Shown here piece after piece: positions 19,949 through 29,324 of a DNA stretch of 64,000 nucleotides. The notes under the pieces were generated by a model, which did not search any database, was not told where the DNA came from, and saw nothing but the letters and a program-made list of their open reading frames with translations. The position numbers were made by a program, and so were the translations under genes. The stretch comes from Oscillospiraceae bacterium (GTDB lineage: Bacteria > Bacillota > Clostridia > Oscillospirales > Ruminococcaceae). How positions within the stretch are numbered: the first letter of the stretch is position 1; every line of letters begins with the position of its first letter. The DNA is taken from assembly GCA_020024615.1 (NCBI GenBank), contig JAHHTP010000003.1, positions 4,112 to 68,111 on the forward strand. Direction: 5' to 3'.

Positions 19949-22213
19949 ATGAATACTTTTTATGTTTCACCACTTGGCAATGACCAAAATCCTGGCAGCA
20001 AAACAGCACCTTTTGCCACCCTGCAAAAGGCAGCAGATAAAGTTTCCAAAACTCCTGCTCAAATCATGGTTACTGCTGGCACCTATTATCTAGATACACC
20101 GCTAACTCTGACAGAAAAGCATAGCCATATCCATTTTATTTCTGAAAATGCCGTGTTAACTGGTGCAAAACCGATTCAAAATCCGGCGATACACTCTTAC
20201 TCGGACACCATCCGATTCATTCAACTAAAGCCACATACGCATATAGACGGATTTTTAATTGATGGAAAACAACAGATGCTCTCTCGTTTTCCAGCCTATG
20301 ATGAAAGCCAGTCATTACAGGGCAGCACCTCTTTGGAGGCGGTAAAACGACGCGCACAAAACTGGACAAATCCACAGACCGGATTTGTCCGCACTCTACA
20401 TGATCGACTGTGGGGCGGCAATTCCTTCACCATCACCGGCAAAGATGATACCGCGCCGCATGGTCTTTCCTTGCACTGGATTGGCGACAATAATCGTGGA
20501 AATGGCATCTATACTGGAAAACATGCCATGGTCGTGGAAAATATTTTTGAAGAACTCCAAAATCCAGGTGAATGGTTTTATGATGAAGTCTCCGGCACTC
20601 TTTATTTTATTCCTCCTAAGGACGCAAAAATGCAAACCTTGCAGGTTGTACAAACCGAATGCCTTCTGCAAGTGTCCGGTGAAGACATCACCTTTGACGG
20701 CTTTACCTTTGAAAACACCGCCCGCACTATGTTTACACAACCCTATATCCCACTGATGCGTGGAGACTGGTGCGTTGCTCGCATTGGCGCAGTGCTGATG
20801 CAAAACTGCAATCATGTTCGACTTCTCAACTGCACCTTCCAAAATATTGGCTCTCACGCCATTTTCATTGATGGACATAACCGCAGAATCACCATTGACC
20901 ATTGCCATATTAAAAATATTGGCGCTTGTGGTATTTTGCTCGCTGGCCACCCAGATTCTTGCCGAGAACCATCTTTCTGGGACAGCATTCCACCATTCGA
21001 AGCAGAAAATGGCTTTGTCCATAAAACCGACATCACCGATACCACAGTAGGCCCTGCAAAAGAGCTGTATCCAAAACATATTAAAATTACCGAAAACCAC
21101 ATTGAAAACATTGGTATCTACGAAAAACAGTCTAGCCATATCGCACTTTCGGTCAGCTTCGATGTCAAAATGCTGCACAACACACTGCACACCGGTCCGC
21201 GTGCCGGTATCAATATCAATGACGGCACCTTTGGCGGACATGAAATTGCCTTCAATGATATTTTTGATATGCAGAAAGAAACCGATGACCATGGCATGTT
21301 CAACTCTTGGGGACGCGATCGTTTCTGGAGCCTTGGCGGATTTGACACCAACGGAAATAATGGTTTAGAAAAATCAAAATATGTAGATCTGGACATCCTT
21401 GCTCCTACTGAAATCCATCATAACCGCATTCATTTTGCCTCACGCTTAGATAGTGGCTCTACCTTCGGTATTGATTTAGATGACGGTTCCAGCCTTTACC
21501 ATATTCATCACAACCTCTGCCTTGGCATGGGAATCAAACTGCGGGAAGGTTTTCGTAGAAATGTACACCATAACATTTTAATCGGTGCGCCGTTTAACCT
21601 GCACTGCACCTACGAAAATTCACAGGATGTTATTACCGAAAATCTCGTATGCTGTGATACTCCGTATGTGCTTGCTGCCACCGATGAACAACGGTTTGCC
21701 GTCAGCAACGATACCATTTCCGGCAACTATTTCACTTCAGCACCAAATCTACCTGCATTCTGGGAAAAAGTCGGATTTGATGCGCCAGTACAAATTGTAA
21801 AACCGATCTTTGCAGATCCAGAGAAAAATGACTATGCTCTGCTTTCTCCAAAGCTAAAAGGTTTTGAACAATTCGGCCATATCGCATATGGTCAGACAAA
21901 CTGTCCAGTTTCCTGTCCACCATATGTTTCACCAGCCGATTCAGCCAAAACACAGACCGCCTTCTGGTTCGGTGCGCAGATATCTTCTCTGGATGATGCT
22001 CTGATGTCCGCAACTGGAGCTGGAAGCAAAGAAGGTGCCTGCATCGTCTATCTATCCCCGCAATGTGAAGTGTCCGCCCGTGGATTACTTAACATGGATG
22101 TTATCCAAAGCATCGGCAATACCCCAATCAAATCGCTTGACGATCTGCTACACACTGCACCGGATGCAGAACCGATCACCATTATTCGCAATCAAAAGAA
22201 AATCACAATCTAA
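19949..22213 (+). CDS. Right-handed parallel beta-helix repeat protein (pectate-lyase-like fold), 754 aa, no signal peptide
   Basis: N-terminus MNTFYVSPLGNDQNPGSKTAPFATLQKAADKV is typical of the PbH1/beta-helix family. Many N/H/G-rich repeats. Confidence 0.6.
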   Translation: MNTFYVSPLGNDQNPGSKTAPFATLQKAADKVSKTPAQIMVTAGTYYLDTPLTLTEKHSHIHFISENAVLTGAKPIQNPAIHSYSDTIRFIQLKPHTHIDGFLIDGKQQMLSRFPAYDESQSLQGSTSLEAVKRRAQNWTNPQTGFVRTLHDRLWGGNSFTITGKDDTAPHGLSLHWIGDNNRGNGIYTGKHAMVVENIFEELQNPGEWFYDEVSGTLYFIPPKDAKMQTLQVVQTECLLQVSGEDITFDGFTFENTARTMFTQPYIPLMRGDWCVARIGAVLMQNCNHVRLLNCTFQNIGSHAIFIDGHNRRITIDHCHIKNIGACGILLAGHPDSCREPSFWDSIPPFEAENGFVHKTDITDTTVGPAKELYPKHIKITENHIENIGIYEKQSSHIALSVSFDVKMLHNTLHTGPRAGININDGTFGGHEIAFNDIFDMQKETDDHGMFNSWGRDRFWSLGGFDTNGNNGLEKSKYVDLDILAPTEIHHNRIHFASRLDSGSTFGIDLDDGSSLYHIHHNLCLGMGIKLREGFRRNVHHNILIGAPFNLHCTYENSQDVITENLVCCDTPYVLAATDEQRFAVSNDTISGNYFTSAPNLPAFWEKVGFDAPVQIVKPIFADPEKNDYALLSPKLKGFEQFGHIAYGQTNCPVSCPPYVSPADSAKTQTAFWFGAQISSLDDALMSATGAGSKEGACIVYLSPQCEVSARGLLNMDVIQSIGNTPIKSLDDLLHTAPDAEPITIIRNQKKITI

Positions 22214-22219
22214 CACTTA

Positions 22220-22257
22220 CCACCTGTGTCCTTCTGGGATGCAGGTGGTTTTATCAT
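22220..22257 (+). terminator. Intrinsic terminator after the beta-helix gene
   Basis: ccacctg-(loop)-caggtgg followed by ttttatcat. Confidence 0.5.
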
Positions 22258-22312
22258 ACCAAAAAGCAGGAAAGCAAAAACTTCCCTGCTTGTCATATCC
22301 ATTGAGCTAGTA

Positions 22313-22948
22313 TTAGTTTTTAAAGAAACTTAAAGCAACCTCTGCTGCACTTGCTGCGTCAGAAGTATAAGCATCTGCTCCGATTTCATCAGCAAATTTC
22401 TGCGTTACCGGTGCGCCGCCTACCATTACTTTTACTTTATCGCGTAAACCTGCTGCTTTTAGTGCCTCAATAATCTCTCCCTGGTTTACCATAGTTGTGG
22501 TTAGCAGTGCAGATAAGCATACGACTTTTGCTCCACTCTCTTTTACTGCTGCTACAATCTTATCTCCGTCTGCGTCTACACCTAAGTCTATGCACTCGAT
22601 CCCAACGCCTTCCATCATCATTTTAACGAGGTTTTTACCGATGTCGTGCAGGTCGCCTTTTACGGTGCAGATTACTGCTTTGCCTACTGGCTCTACTCCC
22701 TCTTTGGTCAGGTATGGTTTTAAGATTGCTACACCCTGATTCATTGCACGTGCTGCAATTAACACTTCCGGAACATATACTTTGTTCTCTTTGAATTTGT
22801 CACCAATCTCTACCATGCCGGAGATTAATCCGTCATTTAAGATTTCTTTTGCAGTGATTCCTTCTTCCAGCGCCTGGTTTACCAGTGCTTTGACATCTTT
22901 TGCTTTGCCTTTCTGAAGCATTTCATTGATCTGAGCGGTAATAGACAT
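22313..22948 (-). CDS. Cobalamin-binding corrinoid protein of a methyltransferase system (copy 1)
   Basis: 211 aa with B12-binding Rossmann motif DLHDIGKNLV (DxHxxG), preceded by a B12-binding_2 helical cap. Start MSITAQ after RBS ggagg. The 5 upstream in-frame codons (MEERT) are RBS read-through. Confidence 0.8.
   Translation of the reverse strand: MSITAQINEMLQKGKAKDVKALVNQALEEGITAKEILNDGLISGMVEIGDKFKENKVYVPEVLIAARAMNQGVAILKPYLTKEGVEPVGKAVICTVKGDLHDIGKNLVKMMMEGVGIECIDLGVDADGDKIVAAVKESGAKVVCLSALLTTTMVNQGEIIEALKAAGLRDKVKVMVGGAPVTQKFADEIGADAYTSDAASAAEVALSFFKN
22313..22948. repeat. 636-bp dispersed repeat, copy A (exact corrinoid-protein CDS)
   Basis: Matches 41915..42550 except for one nucleotide. 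Confidence 0.9.
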
Positions 22949-23042
22949 TGTTCTTTCCTCCATTTGTCATGCCGAACATGCCGGCTTACTTTATTTACAG
23001 CCCCTGCCTTCTGTAAAAAGCAGATAAGCCTAAATACAAAAA

Positions 23043-23723
23043 TTATTGAATCCGTTTTGCGCGCCTGTTCGGACAATCATCCAACGGACAGTACATACAG
23101 TTTTCATAATGTTCTTCGCTTAAAAACTGAATACCCGACATACTCTTGCTCGGAATCATCAAGAAACTTTCCGCATAATACACACCAATCGTCTTCTTGA
23201 TAAAATCATTTCCGCCTAATATGTTAAACTGCAATTCCTCACCAGTAATCGGCCATGCCGCTAAAGAACCCGGATTAACCGCAGCAAGATATTTTTCAAT
23301 CTGATATTCCAATTTCACATAAGTATAATACTCTTTAAACATTTTATCCAGATAGACGATTTTAATCTGATCAGCCCAGTATTCAGCCAACGGATCGTCG
23401 CTGTACCCTGTAGACCAGTCATTCAGCTCTGTACCACAGGTGATAATATACGGAAAACAGCGGTGCTTACCCTTCAGCTTTTCAGCAACAAAAGGAGAAT
23501 CTATCTCAACACCATGAACCTTTACGGTTTTGCTGCTTTCAACCTGAAACACGCCAAACAGTGCCTTCGGATATGCAATCTTTTCTGCTTCAGCAATCAT
23601 ATCAAGAATTTCTTCTTCTGTATCTTCATTGCTGAGTTTCAAAAGTCTCTTGATTTCTGCCTCAGATAACTTGATGTCAGTCAGCTCACCGACATAAAAA
23701 TCCCCTGTTTTCGTAATTTTCAT
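23043..23723 (-). CDS. Methionine-synthase activation-domain-like (Met_synt_B12-type) accessory protein of the methyltransferase cassette (tentative)
   Basis: C-terminal MIPSKSMSGIQFLSEEHYENCMYCPLDDCPNRR resembles the SxSG plus Cys-cluster of small clostridial Met_synt_B12 proteins. Recall-based. Confidence 0.4.
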   Translation of the reverse strand: MKITKTGDFYVGELTDIKLSEAEIKRLLKLSNEDTEEEILDMIAEAEKIAYPKALFGVFQVESSKTVKVHGVEIDSPFVAEKLKGKHRCFPYIITCGTELNDWSTGYSDDPLAEYWADQIKIVYLDKMFKEYYTYVKLEYQIEKYLAAVNPGSLAAWPITGEELQFNILGGNDFIKKTIGVYYAESFLMIPSKSMSGIQFLSEEHYENCMYCPLDDCPNRRAKRIQ

Positions 23724-23753
23724 GATGTTCTCTCCCCACGCTGCCTTTTCTAA

Positions 23754-24731
23754 TCAGCCTTTATAATGACGGAATTTCTCCAATGCCTCTAAAATAGCAG
23801 CACAGTTTTCCATCGGAATCTCATAGTTTAATTCTACATTTAAAGATAAACCACCCTGCGGCAGATATAGTGCCTCAACACATTCACCCACATGGTCAAA
23901 TATTTCACTTCTAGTACCAAATGGGAACATCTGACGGTCAAGATCTAAGTTAATCGGAATCAAATGCTCTTTACGACAGACTCTTACCAGATTATCCAGA
24001 CCGTTTGCTCTAAACTGCGGGTTAATCATATCAACACCACACTCCTGCAAATCTGGCATAATCTCATGAATGCAACCATCGGTATGCATGTAAATTAAGG
24101 TGTTTGGATGTACTTTCTTAATCATGCCATACATTTCTTTATAGCATGGTTTCAAGTATTTTCTCCATCTATCTGCACCGATAGCCAAACCGGTCTGAAT
24201 GCCCTGGTCATCACCAAATACAGCCATTTCGGAAAATCTATCCATAATCGACTCAATCTGAATCTTATTGTATTCCAGTACTTTAGAAACTAATGTTTCA
24301 ATTTCCGGACCTTCTTCAGCAAACATGACCATCGCGTTTTCAAAACCAACCAGATCTAATAAGCGCAGATACATAAATCCATGTGGAAGTCTGCCATCTC
24401 TATTCTGCGGAATCTGTAAATCGAATACCTGCTCTGGGTCAGAGATTGGGTGCTCAGTAACAATTGCTTCCATACCTTCGTCAACATTATCCCATACACA
24501 GCCCCACTCATCCACATGACGACCGACTCTGTAAGTGCCAGAAGCAATCAGTTTTGGGTCAGAATAGTCAACCTTATAGTTTTCACCGAAGAACTGTGGA
24601 TACTGTTTTACTAAATACTCAATTTCTTTGCCATGATGAATCCACATAGCCGGCAAAACTGCTACAGTAGTTGGAATTACTTCTGGATACTCCAGACGCA
24701 TAGCCTTTTTAAAATCAACATCACCAAACAT
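23754..24731 (-). CDS. Uroporphyrinogen-decarboxylase (URO-D) family methyltransferase (MtaA/MT2-like)
   Basis: About 325 aa with a URO-D-like TIM barrel. Start ATG 24729-24731 after gagggg. Confidence 0.65.
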   Translation of the reverse strand: MFGDVDFKKAMRLEYPEVIPTTVAVLPAMWIHHGKEIEYLVKQYPQFFGENYKVDYSDPKLIASGTYRVGRHVDEWGCVWDNVDEGMEAIVTEHPISDPEQVFDLQIPQNRDGRLPHGFMYLRLLDLVGFENAMVMFAEEGPEIETLVSKVLEYNKIQIESIMDRFSEMAVFGDDQGIQTGLAIGADRWRKYLKPCYKEMYGMIKKVHPNTLIYMHTDGCIHEIMPDLQECGVDMINPQFRANGLDNLVRVCRKEHLIPINLDLDRQMFPFGTRSEIFDHVGECVEALYLPQGGLSLNVELNYEIPMENCAAILEALEKFRHYKG

Positions 24732-24866
24732 AAGAATTCCCCTCACTAAGGCGATTGTCACGCCTTATAATCTGTTTATATTGCCCACCTTTATATCGGC
24801 AGAATAACACTGTTATCAGTATAGCAGATTTTGGAAGTCATATCTTTACAAAACTTGCTTTTTATC

Positions 24867-25994
24867 TTATTTGCCTGCGTTTTGTGCTTCGATTTTTGAG
24901 TTATATTCATCTACCATCTTTCCAACCAGGCGGATACGCTCAATATCACCGGTGGAAGAAATCTCATCCGAGATACCCAAAATCAAATGCGGTGCGAACA
25001 TATCCAGAATCTTACGGACACAATCCTCTAAAACTTCAACTGGATAGATCGCGTCAAAGTAAACAGCCGGAATGCCGTCGAGTAGGTACATATTGTCGCC
25101 CAACGCCTCGTGCATCTCCTCCAGCGTAACATCGCCCTGCGGAACTGGGGTAATTGCCTCAACACCATCCAGACCCGTTTCCTGATAATACTCCATCAAT
25201 CCACGGTTGTCACCATCAAAATGAGAGCATATAAATTTTCCTGCTTTGTGCAAACGCTCACATCTGAGTTTGTATTCTGGCAGAACATACTCCTCAAATA
25301 GAGACGGAGACAGCGTACCAGAGTGAATATTGTCACCGAAATTGATAATATGAATTGGAGATTCATTGATAACATCAATCAGGCGGAAATGGCACTCACG
25401 CAGTGCGTCAAAATATTCTTCTACTGTTTCCGGATAGTCCATAATTGCATAAATTGCCTGCTCAACACCCATTAAGTCAATATATAAACGCTGAACGGAA
25501 GTTCTTGGCATAAAGATCGTCGGCGCGCCTAAATCACCCCACTCTGCTTTTACTCTGTCAAATGTTTCCTGAGAAAATCCCCAGTTGGTATGCTGCTCAA
25601 TATAGGTGTAAATTTTTAATTCTTCTTCACAGGTAACCCACTCTTTTGTAACAAGTTGTGCCCAGCTATTTGGAGAAACTTTGGATTGGTGCGTAACTGT
25701 GCCAATCGGTGTTTCAATGTAAGTTGTTGTGGTGTCACCTTGGGTTTCATGCCAGGTTTTTACGGTATCATCAAAAATTGGGTAGAAACAATCGTTATAT
25801 TCGTACACACGAGCAGAACAACCAAGGTCTTTATACAGTTCAACCTTGCTCATACCCTCATATCTGCCAGGCAGCTTGCCATCATCAAACATTTTATCAT
25901 CAATCCAGCACTGAATTCTCGGCTGCCAAATTACTTTACCTCCTGCTCTGTCAAAGCAGACATCCTCATGCAATTTTGCAAAATTTGTATCCAT
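24867..25994 (-). CDS. URO-D family methyltransferase (substrate-activating MT1-like)
   Basis: 375 aa, URO-D-like. Start MDTNFAKLH after RBS ggagg (rc at 25992-25994). Confidence 0.6.
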   Translation of the reverse strand: MDTNFAKLHEDVCFDRAGGKVIWQPRIQCWIDDKMFDDGKLPGRYEGMSKVELYKDLGCSARVYEYNDCFYPIFDDTVKTWHETQGDTTTTYIETPIGTVTHQSKVSPNSWAQLVTKEWVTCEEELKIYTYIEQHTNWGFSQETFDRVKAEWGDLGAPTIFMPRTSVQRLYIDLMGVEQAIYAIMDYPETVEEYFDALRECHFRLIDVINESPIHIINFGDNIHSGTLSPSLFEEYVLPEYKLRCERLHKAGKFICSHFDGDNRGLMEYYQETGLDGVEAITPVPQGDVTLEEMHEALGDNMYLLDGIPAVYFDAIYPVEVLEDCVRKILDMFAPHLILGISDEISSTGDIERIRLVGKMVDEYNSKIEAQNAGK

Positions 25995-26195
25995 AATAAA
26001 ATTCCTCCATTTTATAAAAATAGAAATATATATCTTAATTATAACAATACCCAAAGCTTTTTTCTTAACAATTCTTGCGATTCTTATAACCACACTCATT
26101 TTCAAATCGCATTTTTCTTTACATTATATAGCAAACTATTTTGGGAATCAATCATTTCAAAACAGATTGTTGAAAAAAGAATAGCAGTGGTCAAT

Positions 26196-26236
26196 TTTCA
26201 AAAACAAAAGCGACAGAAATTTTCATTCCTGTCGCC
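26196..26236 (-). terminator. Terminator of the MATE gene
   Basis: gcgacag-(12 nt)-ctgtcgc with a T-run on the minus strand. Confidence 0.5.
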
Positions 26237-26253
26237 TATTCCATTTATTTCTT

Positions 26254-27633
26254 TTATTGTACCACGCTTTCTTTCTGCATTGCCGTTTGTTCCCGCTTTT
26301 TCAATATTTTCTTCGTCATGATCAAAAACAATGGAATTGAGAGCATCGGCCCCAAAACATCCGAAATCGGCTCAGCATAAAAAATCATAGAAGCATCCAT
26401 AAACATCGGGATGATAAAAATTGCAATAAAATAAGCTGCTTTACGCCAGCAAGACAGTGGCAGTGACATCTGTACCTGTCCCATTGCGGTAAATCCATCT
26501 ACAATGGCATACTGCACACCCAGCGGAATCGCGGCAATCGTGCAGATTTTGATTGTCCGACAGGCTTGTGCATTCAAAACCGGGTCACTGGTAAACAGCG
26601 AAACAAACGCTGATCCTGCAACACGCGCCAATATAAATAAAATCACCGTGTATCCAACACACATTCCGATAATGTATTTCTGTGCCTTCATCACACGATC
26701 GGAACGGCAAGCACCATAATTATAACTTAATATGCTCTGTGTACCGCCGCTGATACCGCCAAGCGGCATGGTCAACACCAACATGAAGCTCTGCACAATG
26801 GTATTGCAGGTAATCAGTGCATCCCCCTGCGCACCACCATAATTTTGCAGCAATGCATTCATCGCGATAATCATGACATTATCTGCTGCAATGATGATAA
26901 ATGGAGTAAATCCAAGGCTAAGAACCTTGCCCATGATTTTTAAATTGTATCCACCAAAGGAAATCGTAACCTGCGCTTTTTTCATCAAAAAGGTCAATAC
27001 AAAAGTCGCACTGATTGCCTGACTAATCACTGTCGCCAACGCAGCGCCCTGCACCCCCATATCAAATCCAAAAATAAATACCGGGTCTAAAATAATATTG
27101 CTGACCGCACCAATTACCACAGAAAACATACCAATTTTTGCATATCCCTGTGCTATGATAAATTGATTCATACCGGTAGAGAGCAGCGCAAAAATACTTC
27201 CACTGACACAGATTGTAAAATATTTTTCTGCATACGGATAAGTAGCATCACTGGCTCCGAAAAAACGCAGCATGGATCCCTTTAATAATAAGGCAAGTAC
27301 TGTAACCACTACAGCCACTACACACATCATAATCAAACAATTCGCCAGAATCTGTTTTGCCTTATCCGGTTTCTTCTCTCCAAGCGCAATTCCCATTAGC
27401 GGTGTACCGCCGATACCAATCAAAAATGAAAATGCGCCGATCATTGTAATAATCGGTCCGCAGATACCAACACCTGCCAAGGATATATCACCACACTGCG
27501 GAATATTGCCGACAAACATCCTATCCACAATACTATACAGCACACTGATAAACTGTGCAAGCATACTTGGAATCGCAATTCTGAAAACTAGACGGGAAAT
27601 CTTATCTTTTCCCAGATCATTTTCCATAGCCAT
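26254..27633 (-). CDS. MATE family efflux transporter
   Basis: 459 aa, 12-TM polytopic protein, with MATE N-terminus KISRLVFRIAIPSMLAQFISVLYSIVDRMFVG. Confidence 0.85.
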   Translation of the reverse strand: MAMENDLGKDKISRLVFRIAIPSMLAQFISVLYSIVDRMFVGNIPQCGDISLAGVGICGPIITMIGAFSFLIGIGGTPLMGIALGEKKPDKAKQILANCLIMMCVVAVVVTVLALLLKGSMLRFFGASDATYPYAEKYFTICVSGSIFALLSTGMNQFIIAQGYAKIGMFSVVIGAVSNIILDPVFIFGFDMGVQGAALATVISQAISATFVLTFLMKKAQVTISFGGYNLKIMGKVLSLGFTPFIIIAADNVMIIAMNALLQNYGGAQGDALITCNTIVQSFMLVLTMPLGGISGGTQSILSYNYGACRSDRVMKAQKYIIGMCVGYTVILFILARVAGSAFVSLFTSDPVLNAQACRTIKICTIAAIPLGVQYAIVDGFTAMGQVQMSLPLSCWRKAAYFIAIFIIPMFMDASMIFYAEPISDVLGPMLSIPLFLIMTKKILKKREQTAMQKESVVQ

Positions 27634-27715
27634 AAATAAATGCCCCTTTTATCAAAATTTTTCCTTATCTATTGTACACCATCCTGACAAAAAGGTAAAG
27701 AGGTTCACCAGACAA

Positions 27716-27762
27716 AAATTTAAAAAGAAAAAGACATTCCGATAACCATTACCGAATGTCTT
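27716..27762 (-). terminator. Terminator-like hairpin 80 nt upstream of the MATE start codon (candidate attenuator or expression platform)
   Basis: Minus strand aagacattc-(14 nt)-gaatgtctt followed by tttttcttttt. Confidence 0.4.
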
Positions 27763-27769
27763 CCTTTTT

Positions 27770-28075
27770 CTGATTCCGACTCACCCTATGATTTGTCACT
27801 CCGCAACGAGAACCAACCACAAAACACTTTCCTGCCACAGAAACGTATACGACCGATTAGGACAACCGGTTAGCGCGCATTTTCTGTTCTTCCTCCAAGT
27901 ACACAATACCGAAAGAAGCCTGCCGACCCTGCGGCAGGAAACCGCTACAAATGGGTAACGGTCGGATTTGTGTAAAACTGTCTTCTACGAAACATCAAGC
28001 TCATCTTTTCCGCCAAATCGAGGGGGGTGATTCTTAAGAATCGACTCCTTTGCCGCCTCATAAAATACAGCTTTA
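27770..28075 (-). ncRNA. Unassigned GC-rich, ORF-free, hairpin-rich leader upstream of the MATE gene (candidate riboswitch or other structured RNA)
   Basis: No ORF of 60 aa or more on either strand across 27746-28159. Local GC of roughly 50% versus AT-rich normal intergenic DNA. Several stable hairpins (ctgccg..cggcag, gattcttaagaatc). Confidence 0.25.
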
Positions 28076-28159
28076 TCATTTTACAATTATCTATTCGAAT
28101 AACACAATCAAAAAATGGGGGTCAAATGCACTTTTTTTGAAAATTTTTTATCTGTTGTT

Positions 28160-29134
28160 CTACGCACCAAATGACTGCGTCAAAAGAAGGATCAACATAT
28201 AATATATCGAAAAATAAGCCACAAGCAACACAATGATTACCGCAAAATTAACGCCGCCTTTTGCAGTAAGTTCATTTAACAACTGTTCTCCACTCAGATT
28301 CTTGGATTTTATCTTTTTAATTCGTGACATTACATGTCCACGATAGATTCGATTGAACATAAAACCACTTACAAACATCAATACCATGCGCAGTAACGAA
28401 CACACCAAATCCACATTGGAAATCATCGTGATATTCATAGCAAATGGCATGGTGATGCCCATCATGTCAGCAGCATAGAACAATCCAAGAATAAATGCAG
28501 GGATTGACAATAATAACTGCGCAGCCAACAATAAAATACCTGTCCCGTATACCTTGCGGTAAATAAAGTACAGTCCGCCGAATAAAAATGCGGAAAAGTT
28601 CATTGCCATGACCCGCTGCTTCATCATCTTAAATCGGGTCAGAAAATAAAACGGATTTTTTTTGATATACGCAGCCGCTTCTTTTACAGTAACCCCTTCT
28701 TCCAGCTCATCTTCTGGTTTAAGACCCTCCATCGGATTAAACATCATATTCGGCATCGAAAATGGTGTGCCCGGAAACGGGGATTGCGCTTGGTTTGGCT
28801 GTCCCATATTCGCACGAGGGTCGTTTGGAATCTGCTCCTTTATTCCTTGCGGCATTGGAGAACCGCAATTACTACAAAATCGGTTGGTCGGGGGATTGAT
28901 ATGTCCACATGTCAGACAAACAACACCTTCATTCTCTGCTTTCGGCTCAGCTTTTTTACTGCTTTCCCAGGATTTGCCGGCCTCATGCAGTTCGGTATGC
29001 ACACACTGCTTTGTCTGCGCAACACACGCTTTATGATACGGCGCACCGCATTCCGGGCAAACTACAATTTCATCCTCGGCGGTAAACTCTTTGTGACAAA
29101 TATCACAGACTTCACCCATCCATTTTTTGTCCAT
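28160..29134 (-). CDS. Zinc-ribbon plus multi-TM membrane protein (YdjG-like)
   Basis: N-terminal CDICHKEF...CPECGAPYHKAC and CLTCGHINPPTNRFCSNCG zinc ribbons, a P/M-rich linker, then 4 to 5 TM helices. Confidence 0.5.
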   Translation of the reverse strand: MDKKWMGEVCDICHKEFTAEDEIVVCPECGAPYHKACVAQTKQCVHTELHEAGKSWESSKKAEPKAENEGVVCLTCGHINPPTNRFCSNCGSPMPQGIKEQIPNDPRANMGQPNQAQSPFPGTPFSMPNMMFNPMEGLKPEDELEEGVTVKEAAAYIKKNPFYFLTRFKMMKQRVMAMNFSAFLFGGLYFIYRKVYGTGILLLAAQLLLSIPAFILGLFYAADMMGITMPFAMNITMISNVDLVCSLLRMVLMFVSGFMFNRIYRGHVMSRIKKIKSKNLSGEQLLNELTAKGGVNFAVIIVLLVAYFSIYYMLILLLTQSFGA

Positions 29135-29324
29135 TTGTACGCTCTCTTTCTATTCTTCGATCAAATAAAAGTTGATCTGATTTTCTCTGCTTTACAGTAT
29201 ATCATACCACATTATGACAGTCTTTTCAACCTTCCTCTCATAAGATTCAAACAATATTTACAACCGTTGACCTTATCCACATCCAAAAAGCCGTACCCTT
29301 ACAAAGAATACAGCTTTCCCTTGT

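Noticed and set aside
22949-22963. N-terminal extension MEERT on corrinoid protein copy 1 (ORF track start 22963)
   Set aside because: The extra codons are the GGAGG Shine-Dalgarno read in frame. Copy 2 starts at the equivalent MSITAQ and has an unrelated upstream sequence.
28019-28045. GGGGGGUGAUUCUUAAGAAUCGAC, reminiscent of a tmRNA 5' end
   Set aside because: No matching tRNA-like 3' end (GGUUCGAnUCC…CCA). The plus-strand continuation would run into the 3' end of a minus-strand CDS. The core is just a perfect palindrome.
27770-28075. Attempted assignment of the MATE leader to T-box, cobalamin, guanidine-I/II/III, c-di-AMP, SRP or RNase P RNA
   Set aside because: Only short partial motif matches (for example AGGGUG, AGGACAA, GUUGGUUCUC) and none in the right structural context. 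Left as unassigned structured RNA.
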